Source of the DNA: Candidatus Nezhaarchaeota archaeon
GTDB lineage: Archaea; Thermoproteota; Methanomethylicia; Nezhaarchaeales; WYZ-LMO8
Length of the DNA: 64,000 nucleotides
Direction: 5' to 3'
Assembly: GCA_030055465.1 (NCBI GenBank)
Contig: JASFYF010000001.1
Coordinates: 698,447 to 762,446, forward strand
The notes under the pieces: model-generated
What the model was told of the DNA's origin: nothing
What the model saw: the letters and a program-made list of their open reading frames with translations, nothing else
Database searches by the model: none
Translations under genes and position numbers: made by a program
Part shown: positions 57,254 to 64,000 of the stretch, piece by piece
Layout of the letters: each line of letters starts with the position of its first letter
Position numbering within the stretch: the first letter of the stretch is position 1

Positions 57254-57383
57254 GCCCGAATAGTTGCTTCCTAACTTTCCCGAGCGGATGCTTAAAAGCC
57301 TATTTTTGGGTAAGCCGCTTAAACGCCGGGCAGATAGGCTTAACAGAGAAGCTTGGAGAATTGAGCTGTAGGGTGCCGATAAA

Positions 57384-58475
57384 ATGGAGGCGTTTCCGCT
57401 AGCGGTCGATGAGCTCGTCAGGCGGCACTTCTCGGTGGTTGATTGGAAGGTGCACTACGGGGTGCTCCACTACGTGGTGGCGGACGAGGACACGAAGCTG
57501 AGGTTCCTGAGGCTTTACTCGGAGCTTGAGGGGATGGGCTACCTGCCGGTGCTGAGGATGGAGGGGGGAAGGAAGGTGCTCAGGGTGTTTAAGAGTCCTC
57601 CAAGGCGGAGGCACAAAGCCGCTTGGAACGTGGTTCTCCTCGCGGCCGCCCTGGCCACGATATCCTTCGCGGGCTACCTGTTTACGGCGAGCAGCATATA
57701 CGACGTCTTGGATCCGGCTTTCAGCGCCTACAGGCCACTTCATCTCGCCGCCTACGTGGCCTCCATATTCTTCGTGTTGGGGATCCACGAGATGGGGCAC
57801 AAGCTCGCCTGCCTGAAGCATGGCCTCAAGTCCACGCCCCCCTACTTCATCCCCGGCCCCCCGGAGATAGGGGGCTGCATGGGGGCAGTCATGATCCAGG
57901 AGACGCCGATAATCAATAGGGATCAGCTGTTCGACCTGGGGATCCTCGGCCCCCTCTTGGGCTTCTCGGCCTCAATACTGGTAACCCTCTTGGGCTTCTC
58001 CATGTCCTACCTGGTCCCATATGATCTGGTGGCCTCGTGGCTCGAGCAGGGGTTGATAGGGATTCTGCCGGCTGAGCCTCTCCTCTTCACGTTGATGAGG
58101 GAAGCGGTGGTTGGCATTGGAGGGGTGCCGCCGGGCCACGTGATGCTTATACACCCAGTAGCCTTCGCCGGCTGGGTGGGGATGCTCGTCACGTTCCTTA
58201 ACACCCTCCCCGCTGGCCAACTTGACGGCGGGCACGTGGCAAGGGCCATCTTAGGGGGCAGGCGGCACTTGTACGCATCTATAGCCGCTCTTATTGTGAT
58301 GGTTTTAACCGGGTTCGTCTTCATGGCTCTGGTGGCCTTCTTCGTCTTCTTCAGGGGGCACCCGGGCCCCCTGGACGACGTTTCGCCTCCTTCAACCGCT
58401 AGGAAGGCGTTGTTATTCCTTCTGTTGGCCATGTGTGGGCTGTGCTTCACGTCCATAACCTTCGCGGTGATCTAG
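57384..58475 (+). CDS. Site-2 protease (M50) membrane metalloprotease
   Basis: HEMGH and NTLPAGQLDGGH motifs. Confidence 0.94.
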   Translation: MEAFPLAVDELVRRHFSVVDWKVHYGVLHYVVADEDTKLRFLRLYSELEGMGYLPVLRMEGGRKVLRVFKSPPRRRHKAAWNVVLLAAALATISFAGYLFTASSIYDVLDPAFSAYRPLHLAAYVASIFFVLGIHEMGHKLACLKHGLKSTPPYFIPGPPEIGGCMGAVMIQETPIINRDQLFDLGILGPLLGFSASILVTLLGFSMSYLVPYDLVASWLEQGLIGILPAEPLLFTLMREAVVGIGGVPPGHVMLIHPVAFAGWVGMLVTFLNTLPAGQLDGGHVARAILGGRRHLYASIAALIVMVLTGFVFMALVAFFVFFRGHPGPLDDVSPPSTARKALLFLLLAMCGLCFTSITFAVI

Positions 58476-58476
58476 T

Positions 58477-59169
58477 GTGTCGAGGCGCGGGGACCTTAAG
58501 CTGAGGGTAATCGAGGAGATTGCGCGCTGCGGGGCGCTGGTGTTCGACGAGGTTAAGCTCAAAAGCGGGAGGACGTCCCCCTTCTTCTTCAACGTGGCCC
58601 GGATGTTCAATCCCAGAAGCCTTGAGGTTCTGGGCGAGGCCTACGCCACATCCATAGTTGAGCTGCTGGGCCCCGGGGGCTTCGACGCTGTCTTCGGCCC
58701 CTCCTACAAGGGTGTGCCCCTCGCGGTGGCGGCCAGCCTGAAGCTGATGCAGCTCTACGGGGTGGAGAAGCCGGTGATATACGATAGGAAGGAGGTTAAG
58801 GGCTACGGCGCTAAGGGCGACGAGTACCTTGTGGGTCCTTGGGGCGGCGCCTCTAGTGTTGTCGTCGTAGACGACGTGTTGACGACGGGTTCAACGAAGA
58901 TCCACGCCAAGAAGGTCCTTGAGGGGATCGGCTTGAAGGTCGCGGGGGTTGTTGTGCTGCTGGACAGGAACGAGCTTGAAGGCGGCGTGCCGGCCTCCGA
59001 GGTTTTGAGGCGCGGCGGCTTAAGGTACTCAGCCGTGCTGGAGGCCGTGGAGCTGTTCCGCGCCTTGTGGTTGAGAAGGGATAGCCTCGGGTTGGAGGCC
59101 TCGGCCTTCAGGAGGGTGGAGGAGTACTACGAAGTTTACGGCGCGAAGAGGCTACTCCTTGACGTATAG
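58477..59169 (+). CDS. pyrE: Orotate phosphoribosyltransferase
   Basis: [34 protein letters not shown]. Confidence 0.94.
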   Translation: MSRRGDLKLRVIEEIARCGALVFDEVKLKSGRTSPFFFNVARMFNPRSLEVLGEAYATSIVELLGPGGFDAVFGPSYKGVPLAVAASLKLMQLYGVEKPVIYDRKEVKGYGAKGDEYLVGPWGGASSVVVVDDVLTTGSTKIHAKKVLEGIGLKVAGVVVLLDRNELEGGVPASEVLRRGGLRYSAVLEAVELFRALWLRRDSLGLEASAFRRVEEYYEVYGAKRLLLDV

Positions 59170-59709
59170 GACGCCGAGCTCTTTAAGCTTCTCGTAGATC
59201 TTGTTGACGGCTCTCTTCACGTCCTCCTCCTTCTTGGCCCCGGTGACAACCATCTTCCCGGAGCTGAAGAGCAGCATCACCACGCCCTCATCCTCCATCC
59301 TGTATATTAGGCCCGGAAACTGCTCGGGCTCGTACATGGCGTTCTCGAGGAGGTAGGCTGCCTTCTCCAGGTTTATCTCGGCGTTGAGGTTGGCCGAGGC
59401 GACTATGTTCTGTATCTGTATCTTCGGCTCCCCCACTATGACTATCTTGTGCGCCCTAAGCTCCTGGATTATCTTCCTCACGGTCTTGTAAACGTCCTTC
59501 TCGGATTTCCCCCCGGTGCATACCATCTTCCCCGAGCTGAAGATGAGGGTGGCCGTCTTGGGCCTGTCCAGCCTGTAGACGAGGCCTGGAAACTGGTCCG
59601 GGTTGTACTCGGCCTTGAAGACCGCTCCGGCGATGGCGTTCAGGTCTATCGTCTGGTTTAGGGTTACGGAGGCGACGACGTTCTCTATCTTGTAGCGGGG
59701 CTTCGCCAA
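59152..59709 (-). CDS. tbp: TATA-box binding protein
   Basis: Two repeats: [14 protein letters not shown] / [14 protein letters not shown]. Confidence 0.98.
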   Translation of the reverse strand: MAKPRYKIENVVASVTLNQTIDLNAIAGAVFKAEYNPDQFPGLVYRLDRPKTATLIFSSGKMVCTGGKSEKDVYKTVRKIIQELRAHKIVIVGEPKIQIQNIVASANLNAEINLEKAAYLLENAMYEPEQFPGLIYRMEDEGVVMLLFSSGKMVVTGAKKEEDVKRAVNKIYEKLKELGVLYVKE

Positions 59710-59774
59710 AAGCTACCACCTTAAAAGCTTTTCCACCTTAAACAAGTTAAAGGTATTTAAGCCCTTTTTAAACC

Positions 59775-60305
59775 TTAGCCTTCCGGGCCCGCCTGTCCCT
59801 CCCCGCCTTCGCCATCGTTTCTGCCCTTCTTAGATGGCCAGAGGGCTACGGCCACGAGCAGGGCCAGCAGAACCCCTATTATCGCGTACTTGTAGGGTAT
59901 TAGCGCGTCGAGGAGGCCTCCGGCCCTTGGAAGTATAACCCCGACAACCCTGCCGACAACCCTATCCTCCGGCACGGGCATCGGGTCCGGCACCGGGTTG
60001 TTGTCACCCTTGGTCGTGAAGAAGAGCCTTCCGCCTTCAACCGCAACCCCTATGATCCTGTGGATTATCAGGCCGTTGCTGGCCCTGTACACTATTACGT
60101 CGCCTACCTTCAGCTCCGAGGGCTTAACGCCCACGACGAGCACTATGTCTCCGTCGTAGAATGTGGGCTCCATGCTTCTCCCGTCCACGACCGATATCGG
60201 CGTGCTCGTTCCCGCAGCCACCTTTATGCCCTCGCTGAACGCGAAGACGACCGCCACTATCAGCGCTAACATGGCGAGCTCCCGGTAAACCTTGGATTTA
60301 ACCAT
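59775..60305 (-). CDS. Signal peptidase I (Sec11 type)
   Basis: SMEP, GDVIVY, IIHRI, TKGDNN. Confidence 0.95.
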   Translation of the reverse strand: MVKSKVYRELAMLALIVAVVFAFSEGIKVAAGTSTPISVVDGRSMEPTFYDGDIVLVVGVKPSELKVGDVIVYRASNGLIIHRIIGVAVEGGRLFFTTKGDNNPVPDPMPVPEDRVVGRVVGVILPRAGGLLDALIPYKYAIIGVLLALLVAVALWPSKKGRNDGEGGEGQAGPEG

Positions 60306-60383
60306 GCATAGAGCCCCTTCAAGCTTTGGTGGTACCACACACTTTTAGCTCAGGCTGCTAATAGGATTTACCGGTGTGGAGAA

Positions 60384-60548
60384 TTGGAGGATAGGCTTAG
60401 CAGCCTGCTGGCTATGAGGGAGAGGGTTCTCCCCGCGCCCGTCGAGTCCATGATGATAAGCGACGTGATACCGCTCTTAGCCTCGATAAAGAAGGACTTG
60501 GAAGAGGTTAAGTCCAGGCTCGCCAGGATAGAGGAGAAGCTGGGCTGA
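60384..60548 (+). CDS. Small 54-aa coiled-coil protein
   Basis: TTG start after GGTGTGG; MEDRLSSLLAMRE...IKKDLEEVKSRLARIEEKLG; fills the gap before trmI; not in ORF track. Confidence 0.65.
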   Translation: MEDRLSSLLAMRERVLPAPVESMMISDVIPLLASIKKDLEEVKSRLARIEEKLG

Positions 60549-60563
60549 GGAAAGGGTTTCCTC

Positions 60564-61346
60564 ATGGCCTTAAACGAGCTTGGAGACGACCTCTCCGAGG
60601 GGTCCCCGGTGGTCCTGTACCTGGACGGCAAGCGGAGGTACTTGACCTCGGTTGAGAGGGATAGGAGGCTGCACACCCATAAAGGGTACGTGGAGCTATC
60701 CGACCTCATAGGCTTGAGGTACGGGTCGAAGGTTAAGTCGAGCACGGGCGTGAGCTTCGTAGCTCTTCAGCCCACGATATGGGACTACGTGATGAAGGCT
60801 CCCAGGAGAACCCAGGTCATGTACCCCAAGGACATAGCCCTCCTGGCGTTCAGGCTCGGCTTGAGGCCTGGGATGAGGGTTGTTGAGGCGGGCACGGGGA
60901 GCGGGGCGTTGACGTGTGCGCTGGCCTTCTTCGTGAGGCCGGGCAAGGTCTACAGCTACGAGGTTAACCCGGAGTTTCAGGCTGTAGCCAGGAGAAACAT
61001 AGAGAGGGCGGGGCTGCTGGACAGCGTGGAGCTGAAGTCGGGTGACGTGACGCAGGGGATAGAGGAGGTGGAGGTGGACGCCGTGGTTCTCGACATGGCC
61101 ACCCCGTGGCTCGTGGTGCCCCACGCCTACAGCGCTTTGAGGGGTGGAGGCCACTTCGCAAGCTTCAGCCCAACGATAAACCAGGTGGAGAAGACGGTTC
61201 TGGAGCTTAGGAGGCGGGGCTTCGTCGACGTTAAGTCCTACGAGCTCCTCATGAGGGAGATAAAGGTTGAGGAGGGGGCTGTTAGGCCCGAGACGATGAT
61301 GGTTGGACACACGGGCTACCTCACCTTCGCGAGGAAGGCGCTTTAA
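60564..61346 (+). CDS. trmI: tRNA m1A58 methyltransferase
   Basis: TQVMYPKD, EAGTGSG, LDMATPW, HTGYL. Confidence 0.95.
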   Translation: MALNELGDDLSEGSPVVLYLDGKRRYLTSVERDRRLHTHKGYVELSDLIGLRYGSKVKSSTGVSFVALQPTIWDYVMKAPRRTQVMYPKDIALLAFRLGLRPGMRVVEAGTGSGALTCALAFFVRPGKVYSYEVNPEFQAVARRNIERAGLLDSVELKSGDVTQGIEEVEVDAVVLDMATPWLVVPHAYSALRGGGHFASFSPTINQVEKTVLELRRRGFVDVKSYELLMREIKVEEGAVRPETMMVGHTGYLTFARKAL

Positions 61347-61489
61347 GCGCGCCCCGCCCAGCGCGGGCCTCCTCGTCGAGCAGAAAAACTAAAGTATGCT
61401 GAACCTCGAGAATACTTCGAGGCAAGCCCTTCTCGGGCCCTTAGGCGGCGATCGCGCGTGCGCTTAAGAGCTCAACAAGTCCCTGAGGG

Positions 61490-62026
61490 GTGCCACCCTT
61501 GGATAGGGGAAGCTTGGTAAGCCTCATCGTATCCCTGCTCTCCGCCGCGGCAATCTTCGGGCCTGTTGTCTACGGGTTAGGCGAGTACGGCTGGGATCTC
61601 CGCTCAATCGTCACCCCATCCTATGAGCCTCCGGGGATGGGCATCCACGTTGACTTCGCCGGGCTGAGGGTTGAAGGAGACGTCCTTTACGTAACGTTCG
61701 CTTTGAGGAACACCGGCGAGGTGGAGGTTGACCTAACGGACGTGGAGGGCGTGGTCCGCGACCCTGATGGAGCCGCCGTAGCGGGTTTTTCCCTTGTGGA
61801 GCCGGTGGGCGCTGCGCCCATGTCCTCCAGCGAGTTCACCTTGGAGGTGAGGGTGGATGAACAGCTCATAGAGGCAGTGGGGAGCTGCCTTTCCGAGCGG
61901 GGCAGCGCGACGCTGACGGCTGAGGGCACAGCCACCTTCGCCGTGCGCGGCGCGAGCGCCTCCGTCCCGTTCACGGCTCCGATAACCCTAAGCGAAGATG
62001 ACGTGAGGGCGTGGGGTTGGCTTTGA
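61490..62026 (+). CDS. Membrane-anchored LEA_2/WHy-like beta-sandwich protein
   Basis: N-terminal TM helix followed by acidic beta-rich domain (ALRNTG.V.V). Confidence 0.55.
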   Translation: MPPLDRGSLVSLIVSLLSAAAIFGPVVYGLGEYGWDLRSIVTPSYEPPGMGIHVDFAGLRVEGDVLYVTFALRNTGEVEVDLTDVEGVVRDPDGAAVAGFSLVEPVGAAPMSSSEFTLEVRVDEQLIEAVGSCLSERGSATLTAEGTATFAVRGASASVPFTAPITLSEDDVRAWGWL

Positions 62027-62610
62027 TGGGCATCGCCGAAGCCCTCTCCCTGAAGGGGAGGGTTAACCTGCTTGGGGTTCTGGGCGCAGCCCTCCTGTTC
62101 TACGTGGCCCTCTCGGGTGGGCCGTGGTGGATAGTGGTTGGCGGCGCAGCCGGCTTCCCAGCGTTCTCCGTTGCCCTGTCGCCCTTCACGTGCTCCATTG
62201 ACGTGCTTGGAAGGCCCCTAACCATACCCATAGTGCCCTACTTGCTCTTGGCCGCCAAGCTGAGCGTGCTCCTAGCCGCTGCGTCAACCCTTGCGGGGTC
62301 GCTCCTCCTGTCTAGGTCCTGGTCGAGGCCCTTGATGAGCACTAAGGGGTTCACCGTGCCTTTTCTGTTCGTCCTCATGCTCTTCCTGGGGCTTCAGGCG
62401 GCGCAGGCCTTCGGCTTAGCGCTTCCGCTTCACGGCTCCTCCACGCTGAGCTACCCATTCTTCTTTGGGGGGTTCAACGTTGCGCTTGCGGTGCCCGTGC
62501 ACGCCGAGCTTACGGGGGAGTACTGGCTTGCGCTGGCCGCCGGGGCGGTGACGCTTGCGGCTAAGCTCGTCCACGGGAGGCTTCGCGGAGCTGCTGGATC
62601 GCGTCCCTGA
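62026..62610 (+). CDS. Hypothetical 4-TM membrane protein
   Basis: Hydrophobic segments; TGATG stop/start overlap with upstream gene. Confidence 0.7.
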   Translation: MGIAEALSLKGRVNLLGVLGAALLFYVALSGGPWWIVVGGAAGFPAFSVALSPFTCSIDVLGRPLTIPIVPYLLLAAKLSVLLAAASTLAGSLLLSRSWSRPLMSTKGFTVPFLFVLMLFLGLQAAQAFGLALPLHGSSTLSYPFFFGGFNVALAVPVHAELTGEYWLALAAGAVTLAAKLVHGRLRGAAGSRP

Positions 62611-63337
62611 TCTCCCTTGCCTTCTCCCCGGGCCTCTCGCTTGCGCATATTGCTCTGCCAACTATCACGTAGGACGCCCCAGCCCTCACAGCCTCTACGG
62701 GGTTTCCTCCTTGAGCCACGGCTCCCGGCGAGAATATAGGCTTGCCCCCCACCACGTTCTTAGCTTGGGCTATGGCCTCCGGCCTCGTGGCGCCAACTAT
62801 GAAGCCGTCTGCACCCCACCTCAGCGCCCTCCTAAGGAAAACCCTGTGGAGCTTGTCGAAGGAGCCAAGCTCCTCGTCGTAGACGACCATGTTGAAGAAC
62901 TCCTCCGCCCCTCTGTGACTCATGTAGGCTACGGCCAGGATCCCCCTGTCCTCCCCCTCCGCCAGCTTGAAGACCTCTTCAAGCCCCTGAGACCACCCGG
63001 CAAGCGGCATCACGGTTAAGGCGTCGAAGCCGGCTTCGAAGTATAGCGACGCCTCAACCCTGTTGGTTGACCCTATATCGCAGGACTTGCAGTCGGCTAT
63101 CGCGGGTAGGCCCAGCTCGTGCGCCCTCTCCACAAGCCTCTTAACTGCCCGTAGCCCTTGGGGGAGCACCAGGTGCTTGTTGACCTTCACGGAGCATATG
63201 AAGCTGCCCGCCTCCTCCAGTATTTCTTCAGCCCTCTCAAGGGGCTTCGGGCCCTCCACGTCCAGCGCGAGCACAATCCTGCTGCCGTTTCTGGTTGAAG
63301 CCCTCTCAACGGCCTCCAGGAAGTAGCTGCCGGCCAT
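62561..63337 (-). CDS. pyrF: Orotidine-5'-phosphate decarboxylase
   Basis: LALD, DCKSCDIGST (DxKxxDI), VGAT, PG..QGG, IVGRAI. Confidence 0.94.
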   Translation of the reverse strand: MAGSYFLEAVERASTRNGSRIVLALDVEGPKPLERAEEILEEAGSFICSVKVNKHLVLPQGLRAVKRLVERAHELGLPAIADCKSCDIGSTNRVEASLYFEAGFDALTVMPLAGWSQGLEEVFKLAEGEDRGILAVAYMSHRGAEEFFNMVVYDEELGSFDKLHRVFLRRALRWGADGFIVGATRPEAIAQAKNVVGGKPIFSPGAVAQGGNPVEAVRAGASYVIVGRAICASERPGEKAREIRDAIQQLREASRGRA

Positions 63338-63382
63338 CCTCCTCAAGGTAAAGGAGATAAGCCCCCTGGATTTATTGTTATT

Positions 63383-63440
63383 GGGCGATGAAGAGGGCAG
63401 GTATTGTTGAGCGGTGAAAGATGACACCAGGACGGAGCCC
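63383..63440 (+). ncRNA. Box C/D guide sRNA 4
   Basis: GGGC/GCCC terminal stem; C ATGAAGA 63388-94; 12-nt guide; D' TTGA 63407-10; C' GTGAAAGA 63414-21; 11-nt guide; D variant CGGA 63433-36. Confidence 0.72.
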
Positions 63441-64000
63441 TCAACGCGTTAAGGCTGAGAGGAGCAGCGGAAGCGCTATCGTGAAGTCGCAGTACACCGT
63501 GCAGTGCTTGGCCTCCTCGGAGAGCTTGCTCCAGCTCACCGCCTCCTCAAGCGTCGCGCCGGAGAGCCCCCCGTAGTGGGGGGGATCAACCGTTATCTGC
63601 ACGGCGTAGTCGAACGGCTTATCCGCTACGAGCGCCGACTGCAACGCGAAGTTCTTGGGGGTTCCCCCTCCCACTATTAGTATGCCCGTCTTCGCATTTC
63701 TCTTCTTCGCGTCGAACTGGAGGCCCACCATGTAGTCTAGGTCCAAGCTCTCCACAACCCTCAGCCTCCTCGTCTGGGTGAGGCTCCAAACCTGGACCCC
63801 TATTATCGAGTCGTAGAAGGCCGGCACAACCACGTCGCAGCCGCTTATGGCCGCCTGCCTGAGAAGGCAGCCCTCATCGTTGAGCTTCAAGCCGACGCGC
63901 CTGAGGAAGCTGTATGTTGAGTACTCCCCATCCTCCATTGAGTCCAGCACCTCCCGGAGCCACCTCTCAAGGAGCTGGAATCCCCTGACGTCCACGGCAA
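63441..64000 (-). CDS. dys: Deoxyhypusine synthase (5'-truncated by window edge)
   Basis: PAFYDS.IG, GGGTPKN, GGLSGATLEEAVSWSK, DFTIALPL. Confidence 0.93.
   Translation of the reverse strand, partial: AVDVRGFQLLERWLREVLDSMEDGEYSTYSFLRRVGLKLNDEGCLLRQAAISGCDVVVPAFYDSIIGVQVWSLTQTRRLRVVESLDLDYMVGLQFDAKKRNAKTGILIVGGGTPKNFALQSALVADKPFDYAVQITVDPPHYGGLSGATLEEAVSWSKLSEEAKHCTVYCDFTIALPLLLSALTR

Noticed and set aside
1..64000. cas genes, intact transposases, defence systems, inteins, Sec/Pyl read-through
   Set aside because: None recognised; long ORFs have family-typical lengths and no interrupted frames were noticed

Overview
Core-chromosome segment of a GC-rich archaeon. Gene content and order (histone, GINS-PriS-PriL-PCNA, Csl4-RpoL-TFS, dispersed ATP synthase subunit) suggest TACK/Thermoproteota; the finer lineage cannot be fixed from this window. 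It holds about 75 mostly housekeeping genes for translation, transcription, replication, RNA modification, gluconeogenesis, pyrimidine synthesis and anaerobic ribonucleotide reduction, plus one tRNA-Ser(UGA). The notable signals are non-coding or too small for the ORF track. (1) An orphan two-repeat CRISPR-like mini-array at 497-590, whose single spacer reads like the Walker B region of a MoxR/RavA ATPase. (2) A 24-codon ORF made only of Met, Glu and Trp at 3863-3937, upstream of a truncated TFS paralogue and ABCE1. (3) A ~280 bp non-autonomous IS200/IS605-like element that may encode a TnpB omegaRNA and abuts a tnpA-like remnant. (4) Four box C/D guide sRNAs sharing an AUGAAGA box C. (5) Two single-gene inversions of ribosomal protein genes (rps19, rpl21e) inside conserved operons. 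(6) A degenerate DUF99-like protein. All family calls come from motif recognition, with no database searches, and some start codons were adjusted by eye.
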